This document shows, in pieces, positions 1 through 13,429 of a stretch of 64,000 bases of DNA. The notes under the pieces are model-generated. The model made no database searches, was not told the DNA's origin, and saw only the letters and a program-made list of their open reading frames with translations. Location: positions 27,432,221 through 27,496,220 of the forward strand of contig CM119266.1 of assembly GCA_051294375.1 (NCBI GenBank). Direction: 5' to 3'. Made by a program: the position numbers and the translations under genes. Each line of letters opens with the position of its first letter. Within the stretch, counting starts at the first letter, position 1. This DNA comes from Paraspadella gotoi (lineage: Eukaryota > Animalia > Chaetognatha).

Positions 1-806
1 TTTTAAATAAAACAAAACAATTTTCGAGTTAAAACTCGAAACTCTGAAGAAAACGAAATACATAAAGATTTACTTAAAAAAGAAAAGAAGGCATCAATTT
101 CTCTCGTTATTAGCGACTTAATAAGTATGGAGAAATTTTGTGTTCGGCGCGAAATGTAAAAAAATGAGCGGATGATAGAATTTGACAAAGGTGAATGGGA
201 AGGGAAGGGAAGGAAGGGAAGGGGAAGGGGAAGGGAAGGGAAGGGAAGGGCAAGGCGAAGGAAGGGACAAGCGAAATTGAAGAGTGAAGTGAAGGGAAGA
301 GAAGGGAAGGGAAGGGAACACTAATATATCTTTATTGGATGGTGGAATAAGAAATTATGACTCCATTGAAAAAAATATAGAAATATAGAAAAATACACAA
401 CGAACTGAAAGAGCATATACAAAGTCTAGAAAAATACCAAAACGTTTTTCATTCGCATGATACATTCAGAAACGTAACTGAGATTTACATTTAAATACGA
501 GGAGAAAATTATACCATACAAAGAAATAAATAAATATTTTTTTATAATTTATTGAAAAATTTCCTACCATTAATTTGTCAATGTATAAAAAGGAAAAAAC
601 GCATGAAAGTCCGATAGATACATATAACACGTAATCCCACTACTAGTGGCACTAGGACATATTCCAATATTCTATATTTCCCTTGAAAAAAAAATTGTTC
701 CCACTTAATATTACCATGCATACACATCTACTTTTCCAAGAACTTCACTCACGAAAACCTTTTTCTCAAAACTTCGTAAATTTCCATATGATTTTGACAC
801 AAATAA

Positions 807-1198
807 AAACAAATTTGAGCAAACAATGTCGGATCTGCCTACGATAATTAAGCGGTAATCTGCTAATCAGATAATAAATCACAATTTTTTTTTAAATAAC
901 TCGCATCATTTTTTCAACTCGAATCTTTTTTTCTACTCATATCATTTTTTCAATTTACATCATTTTTTCAATTTGCATCATTTTTTCAATTTGCATCATT
1001 TTTTCAACTTGCATCATTTTTTAAAATTGCATCATTTTTTCACATTAAATAAATAATTAATTAAAACATTTATTAGTAATAATAAATAATAAAGATTCAA
1101 GTAAATGTGACTTATGTTTTTTCCATATAAACTCATTTTCACTGGCACGATTCCGTCAAAACTTGATATCAAGCTTCACTTTCCTACACGCACACAAA
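807..1198 (-). mobile_element. HINE/DINE-1-like element family 1, partial copy (AAACAA end with sub-terminal GTCGGATCTGC)
   Basis: aaacaaatttgagcaaacaatgtcggatctgcctacga matches 30545-30582, and ggcacgattccgtcaaaacttgatatc matches about 30942-30970. Contains a ~19-bp gcatcattttttcaa tandem at 900-1045. Confidence 0.6.
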
Positions 1199-2171
1199 AT
1201 TTTATCTCAATCTATTAATTCAATTATGNNNNNNNNNNNNNNNNNNNNNNNNNNNNNNNNNNNNNNNNNNNNNNNNNNNNNNNNNNNNNNNNNNNNNNNN
1301 NNNNNNNNNNNNNNNNNNNNNNNNNNNNNNNNNNTTCGTCACACACTTTCCTACCCACACACAAAATTTTAACTAAATCTACTCATCCAATTATGATTAA
1401 ATAAAGTATTTATTGGTTAAAATAAGTAAAAAGATTTTAGGCAGTGATTTCTATATGGGTATTTTCAACAATGAAATTGAAACTTATATAACTATTATTT
1501 CTTTTTTCCCACTGATTAATATAACACACGCTTTATTTAAAAAAACGGTTGGCTATAGTTATCTTTTCCTTATAGAACTCACTGGGAGAATTTCTATGCT
1601 TTCAAAATACGGTAAGACATAATTTCTTTTACGTTAATCATTCTATTTATAGTATCTGCCCTTAAGATGAAACTAAAACGATTTTTTATGGCAAGGGCAA
1701 CTTTTAAAGGTTAAGTTGCTCGTCAGATCTATCGTGTTTTTTAGATATTAGGCAAAAAAACGGCACACTATATTTTAAAACTTTTTTCCATTTTTCCACT
1801 ATTTTTTTTCTATCTTTAACCTTCTCTCTGTTCCTCTCTTTTTCTCTCTTTCTTTCCCTTTCTCCGACTTTTCTGTCCTCATATTTCTCTGTGTCATCCC
1901 TTCTTTTCTTCCTTTACCTTTATTTTCCTTCCTTTCTATCTCTACTTTTATCTCCCTCTCTGATTCTCTTTCTTCCCTCTTTCTTATCTTTTCTTTTCTC
2001 TTAATTGTTCTCATTCTCCCCCTTCTCCCCATATATTAATTTCTTTCCACTATTTCTCTCTCTCCCTGAAACTTTTTTTTCACCCATGCTCTCTCTTCTC
2101 TCATCTTTTTCTCATTCTCACTCATTTTTTGCATTTATATTATACTAGATGTATAAANNNNNNNNNNAAGA

Positions 2172-2527
2172 TTTTAGTAAATGGGACTTATGTTTTTTCT
2201 GGACGAATGACGGACGGACGGACGAACGACGGACGGATGGACGAACGACGGACGGACGGACATCATTTTTTTTGCATAATTTATCATAAATCGATGTTCT
2301 GACATGATGTAAGTGATTGCCTGTAGTGGTAGTATTTCATACCCCACTACTCGTCCGAGAATCAGCAGCACCTATGGCGCCGGAGGTAGCACGAGCTCCT
2401 CCCAACCCAAAGGACTCGGGTTCGCGCCCTTGTGGTAGTATTTCATAACCCATTACTTGCCCGACATTATTGAGAGGGCGGACCGACGGACCGACAAAGT
2501 GAATTATAGAGTCGGGATCTGCTGAGA
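2172..2527 (-). mobile_element. HINE family 1, other half: (GGAC)n microsatellite and terminal sub-TIR region
   Basis: Matches 30990-31170 (cataatt..cata..tcgatgttctgacatgat; ggcggaccgacggaccgacaaagtgaattataga.tcgg(g)atctgctga). Confidence 0.6.
2372..2429 (+). mobile_element. tRNA-derived (Gly-CCC-like) SINE head fragment
   Basis: A-box-like TGGCGCCGGAGG and B-box-like GGTTCGCGCCC at tRNA spacing, with CCTCCCA at the anticodon position. Similar to 56883-56943. Confidence 0.45.
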
Positions 2528-2789
2528 GCTGAAAGAATAAAGAAGGAAATGAAAAGAGTTTGAGTTTCGCCAAAACGTCGGCCCAATTCAGACGACTCAC
2601 TTCTTTTAAGGGTCAATCCGTCACTCGGTGTCAGGGGAGAGACGGCCTCCACCGCTGAGTCGACTTACTCGGGGGTAAGTCACCCCAATGCGAAACCCAC
2701 TTCTGCAGAAACGTCGACATTTTATTCTCCAAGTTGAATCAAGAAAAAAAAAAATTCCTCGATTCTTCGATATTTTTTTTTCCGTTGAC

Positions 2790-2930
2790 GCCAGTTACAT
2801 CCTGGTGGGGAATCCAAGTTTAATATCGACGAATTACATCCGGAGATTATTTTAGAAATCGCGGCGGGAGCCGCAGCTGTTGAAATCCCCGAGAATAAAC
2901 ACCTCATAATCCTTCCCATTACTTTTGGCA
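2790..2930 (-). pseudogene. Possible decayed LINE APE endonuclease fragment
   Basis: Manual translation gives DYEVFILGDFNS...FVDIKLGFPTR with in-frame stops. The GDFN...PTR spacing resembles L2/CR1-type endonucleases. Short, so chance is not excluded. Confidence 0.25.
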
Positions 2931-3357
2931 GAAAAATTCAAATTTTCACTCCTTTTTTTTTTACATTTAGGTTTGAGATGGAGTCGAAGAGACGGAGAGA
3001 CTAGAAAAAGGAAGGTGGTTAGGGTGGAGGTGGTTCAGGTGGTTGAGGTGGTTTAGGTGGGAGGGGGGGAGAAGTGAGAGGTGATAAAGAGAGAAGTGAG
3101 AGGAGGAATAAAAAAGGAAGGAGAAATGGAGGGAATGAGTCGAAGAGCGAGTGGAGAGAAAGCGATTGTGAAAAGAAAAATGAGTAAAAAAAAAAAAAAA
3201 TCCGATGAGATTTGTTGCTTTATTCAATGAATCAAACCATAAGCGTCATCATTTCAACTCATTGATTTACATTTACTGAAAGGCTTGCTGAATAATAACA
3301 AATTTAAAAGTCGTTTTACTTTTGAAGATTTTGAGAGAGAGAGAGCTAGAGAGAGAG

Positions 3358-3396
<39 letters not shown>

Positions 3397-4266
3397 ATTG
3401 GGGATTCGGATGAATTCAGGTTAATTCGAGGGCGTTAAGTATGAGTTACGTACAGTGGATACGGTTTTTGGAAAAATTTTATCCTCAGAAAAAGAAATGA
3501 AGTACGGGTTTTCACCGTGCGGGACTCAGGAGGAAAATTGGCGATGGGAACGTTTTACGATAGATCTCGTAAATTTAAAATGTTTATAGTGTGAAATTAT
3601 ATAAAATATTTAGTTGAGGGAGAAACACGAACGTTTTCGAGGATCCGAGAATTCGAGGGTAAAATAACAAAACAAACAAAACAAACAAAACAAACAAAAC
3701 AAACAAAACAAACAAAACAAACAAAACAAAAACAAAACAAAACAAATGGTGAGGATTCGAATTTCAACGACTCGCGATATACTTTTTTTATTTTATTTTT
3801 TTAGGTTTGAGATTTTGTGAAGTTTTTTTTTAAGTAAAAAAATCGAGATTAAATTTAATTTCGGGTTTTGACTCTCGCGCGGAGAGAAGAGACCGGAAAA
3901 TGTGCTTTGGATCATTTGAAAGGAAAAAGATAAAGAAAACGAAATAGAAGAAGATTTAAAAAGATTAAACATTATTTGAATTGACTATTGAGAACTGGTG
4001 ATAAAAAATCAGGGGGGGGGAGTGGATGGGAAAAGCAGTGAGATACGAAAATTAAAAAAAAAAAAAAAAATAGCGACAACGAGAGCGACAGCGACAAGAA
4101 CGAAAACTCCGACTTTATCTAAAACGCAAGCACAAAAATAAAAAATAATTAAAAAAATAAACAAACATACGAGCGAAATTGATATAGGATCTGAGGGAGA
4201 AGAGTAAAATGAAGAATCTTTGGCGTCGATTTCGTTCAGCCCATACATCTAGGATCAGATCCATCG

Positions 4267-4333
<67 letters not shown>

Positions 4334-4525
4334 CTCTCCTCTCTCTTCTCTCTTCGTAGTCTTTTTATAAAAAAGAAGAAGAATTCCCAATAAAAATGTC
4401 GAAATAAAAATAATGTCCGAAAATTTTGAATGAAATTCGTTTAAAAGTAAAGAAGAGTTTTGACTCCAAGGTTAATGTATTGAGGCCGATGAATGAGATC
4501 GACATGAGATTCGACAGGCAATTAA

Positions 4526-4568
<43 letters not shown>

Positions 4569-4808
4569 AGAGAAGGAGAGAGAGAGGAGAGAGAGAGAGA
4601 GAGAGAGATTCAAGTAATTCCACGGATACTTTTATCGTAGTGGCATTTTCTACAGTTTCTTGTTACCTTTTCGTTCGCGGAAATTCTGTCAATATATATA
4701 AGGCAATGTTTCATGTTTCAAGTTACCATTCCACTTGTAATGCTTATTTATTCCTTTACGTATATATAATTATATGAAATTGGTACAACCAATATAAAAA
4801 TTATCCAT

Positions 4809-5155
4809 TCATTTAATAAATAAGCTATCTTGCCCCTGACTTTGGACAGGCTTTGGTGGTTTAAGGCCTCCATCACTCTTACAAGATAATGACATAGCAG
4901 GTCCCTGCAAGCTTTCAATCAAGACTCTCTCACAGTCTCTTTTATTCACTCCCAGAGTACCTGGCTTCCCTATCAATGAAGTGGAAAATATTTCAAAGAA
5001 TGTTTCAATTGTATCAATTGTATATTCCAAACATACTTCTTTCTTCTTTGCATATGAAGAAAATCCGTAGTCATATTCTGCTTCACCTTTATATATATGG
5101 TCGATATAAGAAGGACACCTAGGCGGGCGAGGCGGGGAATAATCGGAAGAGACTT
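4809..5155 (-). CDS. Candidate exon or orphan coding fragment, product unknown
   Basis: Stop-free frame of about 115 codons of complex sequence (VSSDYSPPRPPRCPSYIDHIYKGEAEYDYGFSSYAKKKEVCLEYTIDT...QDSLFIK*), preceded by acceptor-like tttttcgattctaag. No recognised domain. Confidence 0.25.
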
Positions 5156-6338
5156 CTTAGAATCGAAAAACAATGCTAATAAGGTTAGAGACTGAGAGCC
5201 GAACCGACAGGAATATGCAAATTATGCTTCGTCTCGGTCGAAGCGGAATCCAGTGACTTCCATTTCCGACGATGGAAGGAAGACGAAAAAGAAAAGATAA
5301 AAATGGTCGCGACTTTTAGAGGAAAAGATGGGATGAATCGTTTGGGGAGGAAAAAGAAAGGAAATTTTGGAGAATTTGGAGGAAAACGGATTTTACAAAT
5401 AGGAAAAGAAAAGGAAAGAAAATGGTTATGAGTTTTGAGGAAAGTTAGAGTGAATTGTGAGAATAAACTGTTCGTGACAAAAGAATAGCTTTGAATTATG
5501 ACAAATTAATATTAAAATATAAAATATAAATATATAAAAATATAAAATATTTTAAAACAATTATAAATGCAAAACCTAAAAAATGACTGACTGACCGAAA
5601 AGTGTTCTATATAGAGAATCGGCAGCCGGACCTGAAAACAATGGCTTCCACTCGAAAGGAAAGGAACGGATCGATTTGGGATTGAATAAAACTCAATTCG
5701 CTCCAGTTCACACCAGGAACCGCAACAACTTTCGTACTCAAGTATATTTGTCTATTGAGAGATATTTTACTACCACTTTAGTATAAAATTCTTTTCTAAT
5801 ACGTTTTTTTTATTGGGCTGGAATTAAAGGGATACAATTATACATTTGCCCCGTTGTAAATTCTTTTTGGCATCGATTTTGGGCCGAGGCCAACTTGGGA
5901 TTTCGAATGCGCGCGGGTGTCCTGGTCCGGGGAAAAAAGAAAAGAGGGAAGCAGTTTGCACACTTTTTTTCGTGAGAGAAAAACAGAGAGGGGTGTGGAG
6001 TCCAGGGAATAACGGAAAGCGAAAAAGATTTGCGACTTTTTGTTGATGCAAAGAAAAGAATAACTGAAAAAAAAAGACAAGAAACCCTGTCGGCGACCTT
6101 GGAAAAAAGATTAAAAAAGCAAAAGCCAGTTAAAAACTCAGTGAACTGAGCCTTTTTTGTAAATTGCGAGGCAAGAGAATTTCGAAATTTACAGTTTTGG
6201 AACCAGAACGCCAAATATTCTGAATAGGAAAGCGATTTTCGAGATGGAAATTATTATGAACTCGATGGAAAATGAAGCTGGAAATTTAGACTTTTTTTAT
6301 TTCTATTTGGAGAGAGAGTGAGGTAGTGAAAGAAAAGA

Positions 6339-6379
<41 letters not shown>

Positions 6380-6515
6380 GGGAGAGAGAGAGGAGAGAGA
6401 GAGAGAGATGTAGTTTCAGACGAACGTTGTCTTGTCTTCTCTCAGCGACAGATTCTGTTGCAATTCGTTGTTTTTGCTTCTGTTTTGCACAGAAATCATC
6501 GTCCTTTGCTCTCTG

Positions 6516-6551
<36 letters not shown>

Positions 6552-7422
6552 TCTCTCTCTTCTCTCCTCTTTCCATTCCAATTGACGATTAAGTAATTCC
6601 TTCATTCGTCTGTAAGTTGTGACTTTGTTCGTGACGCACTGATTGATTGACGTTTTCTTTTCATTCTGTTTGTCATTATGATTATCCTTAGCTGGGAATT
6701 GTTTAAATTTTACCGACGAGATTTGTTTTATCGCGAAAATCCGCTGACACTAAGTATTTTAAAAGGAACATTTTCGATTGAATAAAATTGAGGAATTATT
6801 AACAAAAGCCTAGTACTTTTTAAAAAAAACTTAAACGTATAATCAAAGGAAATTAAAATGTTGTTCAATGAACATGTTCATTTCATTTGGCGAAAAATAT
6901 TGTCTGGAAAAAAAAAGTTTCATCAGGTCAAAGTCCCGATTTATTTATAGACTTTGTTCCGGGAAAGAGTCGATTATCGTTTTAATGAAAATGGATTTGA
7001 CATTTTTTTTGGTTTTTTTAGTAAAAAAAAAAATCGTCTTCTTTCCTTGGATTTTCCTTCGACTCTTTGTTGCTTCTGTCTTTTTTCTACTTCTCTTCCT
7101 CGTTGGCGTGGTTGTCGTCGCCTTTGTCGTCATCGTCGTCGTCATCGTCGCCGTCTAGTTTCGCGTCGTCGTTAATGGCGTCGTTCTCAGCGCCTTCTTC
7201 TTCTTCGTCGTCGTCGTCGTCGTCGTCATAGTCACGGGCGACGTGCTTACAGTCAGCAACGGACGAAAGAAAAGCGTCGCCGACGACGACGACGACGACG
7301 ACGACGACAAAGACGATGAGGAAGACGAAAATATAACGACGACGAAGACTACGATAAAGATGACCAGGAAAACGACGTGAAAAACGTAAATAAATAACAA
7401 TTCTGACATACATATTAAGTAT

Positions 7423-7536
7423 ATGTAGTCGGGCATTGCCTAGGTTCACCCCGCCTATAAGCATGACTCTTTCAGTTGTGACCCGGTGGCTCATTGAGTA
7501 AAGCCATCAGCTCATGACCACGGTACCTACCCTGCG
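7423..7536 (+). mobile_element. Truncated tRNA-derived SINE-like copy with the B box deleted
   Basis: Near-identical to the reverse complement of 54817-54956, but lacks the segment between two GGTACC motifs that carries GGTTCAATCCC. Confidence 0.7.
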
Positions 7537-7619
7537 TTCTACTTCCGGCCGCGCCCACGCCAGATATCGACTCAGTCAAAGGGGAAAAATAATTCACGAA
7601 AATTTTGTCAAGAAAGACG

Positions 7620-10440
7620 CAAAACAAGACGGATATCACCTTAAAGACGATGATGGCGACGACGACGACGATGACGTCGACAATGATAACAATGACGTTA
7701 AGGACGAATTCAAGATATCGAGGGGCAACGGCGCAGTCGATACAAGTGAAGATGATGATTGTGACGTTGATGAAAATGACAACAGAGATGAAGATGAAAA
7801 ACAGGACGACATGGACCAAGAAGATGATAACGACGACAAATGCAATGACGACAACTGCGATTGCGACGATGACAATGACGATGACGTTGACAATGATAAC
7901 AATGACGTACTGATCTGACTCTCCGGTGCTTTCATCCTTGGAGTTTTAAAGCCATCAGCTCATGACACGGTACCTACCCTGCGTTCTACTTCCGGCCGCG
8001 CCACGCCAGATATCGACTCAGTCAAAGGGGAAAAATAATTTCACGAAATTTTGTCAAGAAAGACGCAAACACAAGACGGATTATCACCTTAAAGACAGAT
8101 GATGGCGACGACGACGACGATGACGTCGACAATGATAACAATGACTGTGTCAGTTAAGGACGAATTCAAGGCGACCTATCGAGGGCAACGGCCGCCTCCC
8201 CATTGCGTCGATACTTACATGTGTATTAGAATTGCATGTTCAGTGCGTTGCTTGATGGGTCAGTATATCTCGATAAACTTCTTAATCGACAACAGAGATG
8301 AAGATGACAAAACAGGACGACATGGACCAAAGAAGGATGATAACGACGACGAATGCCAATGACGACGAACTGCGATTGCCGACAATGACAATGACGGATG
8401 ACAGATTCGGACAAAATCAGCATTATATAACTCAATGACTCGTTTTAGTACGAATCTGTCAACGCATCATCGAGTCATTTCTCATCTGCTCTTCCCTCCT
8501 TCCCGCTGTTCCGCCTTCTGGTATGTCCCCGGGGCAATTTAAGGGCCGGCGTCAGTCTTGAAAATGATACATAGTCGAATGAATCGCATTGATCATGTGA
8601 CGCTTGAGCTAAAAACAATGACAACAGAGCATGACAGATAGAAAAACCAGGACGACACATGCGACCAAGCAAGCGATAAGATAATATTCAAATGACGAAT
8701 CGCTTATTATGACGTACATAACTTTGCCTCGTATCCCTGCGCCACTCGTACTGACAACGCCACAAAATGACGTATTGACAATAAGAATAAACTATAACCC
8801 TGACCGTTAAGGACGAATTCAACCGATATCGACGGGGCAACGGGCCCGCGCAGTTGCATACCAACGTGCCCACGACGTGACCCCGACCAATGATGTGACG
8901 GCCGTCCGACCGCACAACGCACCACGGACACGAGGATACACAGACCGGAAAAACAGGACGACCAATGCGCACAANNNNNNNNNNNNNNNNNNNNNNNNNT
9001 AAGGACGAATTCAAGATATCGAGGGGCAACGGCGCAGTCGATACAAGTGAAGATGATGATTGTGACGTTGATAAAAATGACAACAGAGATGAAGATGAAA
9101 AACAGGACGACATGGACCAAGAAGATGATAAACGAGGACGAATGCAATGACGACAACTGCGATTGGCGACGATGACAACGACAGATGACGTTGAACAATG
9201 ATAACAATGACGTTAAGGACGAATTCAAGATATCGAGGGGCAACGGCGCAGTCGATACAAGTGAAGATGATGATTGTGACGTCGACGAAACGATGACAGA
9301 GATAAAGACGAAAACAGGACGGACATGGACAAGAAGATGATAACGACGACGAATGCAATGACGACAACTGCAATTGCAACGATGACAACGACGATGACGT
9401 TGACAATGATAACAATGACGTTAAGGACGATTCAAGATATCGAGGGGCAACGGCGCAGTCGATACAAGTGAAGATGATGATTGTTGACGTCAACAAAAAC
9501 GACGACAGAGATAAAGATGAAAAACAGGACGACATGGACCAAGAAGATGATAACATGACGAATGCAATGACGACAACTGCAGAATTGCGACAATGACAAA
9601 GACGATGACGTTGACAATGATAACAATGTCGTTAAGGACGAATTCAAGATATCGAGGGCAACGGCGGCAGTTTCGATACAAGTGAAGATGATGATTGTGA
9701 CGTCGACGAAAACGACGACAGAGATAAAGACGGACAAACAGGACTGACATGGACCAAGAAGATGATAACGACGACAGAATGCAATGACGACATACTGCGA
9801 TTGCGACGATACAATGAAACGATGACATTGACAATGATAACAATGACGTTAGACGAATTCAGATATCGAGGGCAACGGCGGCAGTCGATACACAGTGAAA
9901 TGATGATTTGTGACAGTCGACTGAAAACTGGACGACAGAGATGAAAGACGAAAACAGGACGAACATGGACCAAGAAGATGATAACGACGACGAAAATGAA
10001 TGACGACGAACTGGATTGCACGATGACAAATGACGATGACGTGACATGATAACAATGACGTTAAGGACGAATTCGAAGATATCGAGGGGCAACGGCGCAG
10101 TCGATACAAGTGTAAGATGATGATGATCCGGAAAACACGACGGATAGAAAGACGACTGGAACAATGATAAGAAATGCAATGCGACAGCGATGCAAACGAT
10201 GACAATGATGACGACAATGAAAAATGAACGTTGACGATCGTATGAGGCATGGCGAGCATCAAATGATGATGGGACGTGATACAAACGACAAGAAAGAACA
10301 TGACTGGACCAGGATGAACGACGACGACGACAACAACGACGAATTGACGATGAGACAACGACGAACTTACCGAACGAACTACGATCACGACTTCGACTAA
10401 ACGACCACGATACGACGACGACGACGAGAAACGTCGAAAA
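7620..10440 (+). repeat. 210-bp tandem repeat (GAC/GAT-rich), with partly noisy copies
   Basis: Recurring unit ...gttaaggacgaattcaagatatcgaggggcaacggcgcagtcgatacaagtgaagatg.... Many copies carry scattered indels. Confidence 0.9.
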
Positions 10441-10529
10441 CAAGAAAACGTCGCGAGGAAAGAAGAAATGCAAAATTGTGAGAATGCGATGTATTTTTGT
10501 TCGAATTCGCGAAAAAGGTTCAAGTCCTT

Positions 10530-10962
10530 CAGTTTTTTCCCTTTTTTTCCCTTTTTTTCCCTTTTTTTCCCTTTTTCCCTTTCCCTTTTTCCCCTTTTTC
10601 CCTTTTTCCCTTTTTTCACTTTTTTCCCTTTTTTTTCCCTTTTTTTTCCCTTTTTTTTCCCTTTTTTCCCTTTTTCCCCTTTTTCCCTTTTTTCCCTTTT
10701 TTTCCCCTTTTTTCCCTTTTTTTCCCTTTTTTTCTTTTTTCCTTTTTTCCCTTTTTTCCCTTTTTTCCCTTTTTTTCCCTTTTTTTCCCCTTTTTTCCCC
10801 TTTTTCCCTTTTTCCCTTTTTCCCTTTTTTCCCTTTTTTTCCTTTTTTTCCCTTTTTTCCCTTTTTTTCCTTTTTTTTCCTTTTTTTCCCTTTTTCCTTT
10901 TTTTCCTTTTTTTCCCTTTTCCTTTTTTCATTTTTTTCCCTTTTTTTCCTTTTTCCCTTTTT
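10530..10962. repeat. (TTTTTCCC)n-like pyrimidine tract
   Basis: Visible directly. Repeated at 12635-13090. Confidence 0.95.
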
Positions 10963-11295
10963 TGACTGAATGCACCGACGGACAGACTGACCAAAAGGAA
11001 GTCAGGAAAAAGTCTCTCTCGGTCGACGCTTCAAGTTTGAAATTGATGCGGACAATCGCCACGCAACATTGGATGTTTAGGATGGGGACAAAAAAATGAA
11101 GACGACGACGACGACGACGTCGATGTTTTCAACGACGATTTGTCAAGAGCCAAGGATGACGGAGCGGAAGGATTTCTTGAGGGAACAAAAGGATTATTTA
11201 ATGACGTTATGATGGCTAGGGGCAAAATAAAAAAATGTATTAGGAAAAATAAAACCAAGTTGTCGTCGTTGTGTCATTTATGATGGATCAAGACG

Positions 11296-11777
11296 ATGTC
11301 GTCGTCATCGTCGTCGTCACGTTGTCGTCATCGTCGTCGTCAACGTTGTCGTCATCGTCGTCGTCAACGTCGTCGTCATCGTCGTTGTCAACGTCGTCGT
11401 CGTCGTCATCGTCAACGTTGTCGTCATCGTCGTCGTCAACGTTGTCGTCATTGTCGTCGTCAACGTCGTCGTCATCGTCGTTGTCAACGTCGTCGTCGTC
11501 GTCATCGTCAACGTTGTCGTCATCGTCGTCGTCATCGTCGTCGTCAACGTCGTCGTCATCGTCTGTCACGTCGTCGTCGTCGTCTGTATGCGTTGTGTCA
11601 ATCGAGTCGTCGTCATATCGTTGTTGTCATCGTCGTCGTCATGTCGTCGTCATCGTCAACGTTGTCGTCATCGTCGTCGTCATCGTCAACGTTGTCGTCA
11701 TCGTCGTCGTCAACGTTGTCGTCATCGTCGTCGTCAACGTCGTCGTCATCGTCGTTGTCAACGTCGTCGTCGTCGTC
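11296..11777. repeat. GTC-based minisatellite (~24-bp gtcaacgttgtcgtcatcgtcgtc)
   Basis: Clean tandem copies. Confidence 0.9.
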
Positions 11778-11780
11778 TCT

Positions 11781-12499
11781 AGAAGATGATAACGACGACG
11801 AATGCAATGACGACAACTGCAATTGCAACGATGACAACGACGATGACGTTGACAATGATAACAATGACGTTAAGGACGAATTCAAGATATCGAGGGGCAA
11901 CGGCGCAGTCGATACAAGTGAAGATGATGATTGTGACGTCAACAAAAACGACGACAGAGATAAAGATGAAAAACAGGACGACATGGACCAAGAAGATGAT
12001 AACAATGACGAATGCAATGACGACAACTGCGATTGCGACAATGACAATGACGATGACGTTGACAATGATAACAATGTTGTTAAGGACGAATTCAAGATAT
12101 CGAGGGGCAACGGCGCAGTCGATCCAAGTAAGGAAATGATGATTGTGACGTTGATAAAATGACAACAGAGATGAAGATGAAAAACAGGACGACATGGACC
12201 AAGAAGATGATAACGACGACGAATGCAATGACGACGACTGTGATTGCAACGATGACAACGACGATGTCGTTGACAATGATAACAATGACGTTAAGGACGA
12301 ATTCAAGATATCGAGGGGCAACGGCGCAGTCGATACAAGTGAAGATGATGATTGTGACGTTGATGAAAATGACGACAGAGATGAAGATGAAAAACAGGAT
12401 GACATGGACCAAGAAGATGATAACGACGACGACGACAACGACGACGACGACAACAACGACGAATGCAATGACGACGACTTCGACTACGACAACGATAAA

Positions 12500-12530
<31 letters not shown>
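11781..12530 (+). repeat. 210-bp tandem repeat, clean copies (~3.5 units)
   Basis: agaagatgat at 11781 and 11991 gives a period of 210. One frame reads as a 70-aa Asp-rich unit. Confidence 0.9.
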
Positions 12531-12536
<6 letters not shown>

Positions 12537-13429
12537 TCGAAAAACAAGAAAACGTCGCGAGGAAAGAAGAAATGCAAATTGTGAGAATGCGATGTATTTT
12601 TGTTCGAATTCGCGAAAAAGGTTCAAGTCCTTCAGTTTTTTTCCCTTTTTTTCCCTTTTTTTCCCTTTTTTTCCCTTTTTTCCCTTTCCCTTTTTCCCCT
12701 TTTTCCCCTTTTTTCCCTTTTTTCCTTTTTTCTTCTTTCCTTTTTCCCTTTTTTTTCTCTTCCTTTCTTTTTTCCTTTTTCTCTTTTTCCCTTTTTTTTC
12801 CTTTCCCGTTTTTCCCGATTTTTTTCCCGTTTTCCTTTTTCCTTTCCCTTTTTTCCCCTTTTTTCCCTTTTCTTTTTTCCTTTTTTCTTTTTTCCCCTTT
12901 TTTCCCTTTTTTCCCTTTTTTTCCCTTTCCCTTTTTCCTCTTTTTTCCCCTTTTTCCCTGTTTTTCCCTTTTTTTTCCCTTTTTTCCCTTTTTTTCCTTT
13001 TTTTTCCCTTTTTTCCCTTTTTTCCTTTTTTTCCCCTTTTTTTCCTTTTTTTCCATTTTTTTCCCTTTTTTTCCTTTTTTCCCTTTTTTGACTGAATGCA
13101 CCGACGGACAGACTGACCAAAAGGAAGTCAGGAAAAAGTCTCTCTCGGTCGACGCTTCAAGTTTGAAATTGATGCGGACAATCGCCACCGCAACATTGGA
13201 TGTTTAGGATGGGGACAAAAAAATGAAGACGACGACGACGACGACGTCGATGTTTTCAACGACGATTTGTCAAGAGCCAAGGATGACGGGAGCGGGAAGG
13301 ACTTCTTGAGGGAACAAAAAGGATTATTTAATGACGTTATGATGGCTAGGGGCAAAATAAAAAAATGTATTAGGAAAAAATAAAACCAAGTTGTCGTCGT
13401 TGTTGTCATTTATGATGGATCAAGACGAT

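Noticed and set aside
2556-2598. Hammerhead-like CTGA...GGC-GAAAC on the minus strand
   Set aside because: The core reads CTGAATT rather than CTGANGA, and no UH cleavage site is in register.
9849-13207. Lys/Gly- and Phe/Pro-rich ORFs up to 381 aa
   Set aside because: They arise from T/C homopolymer tracts.
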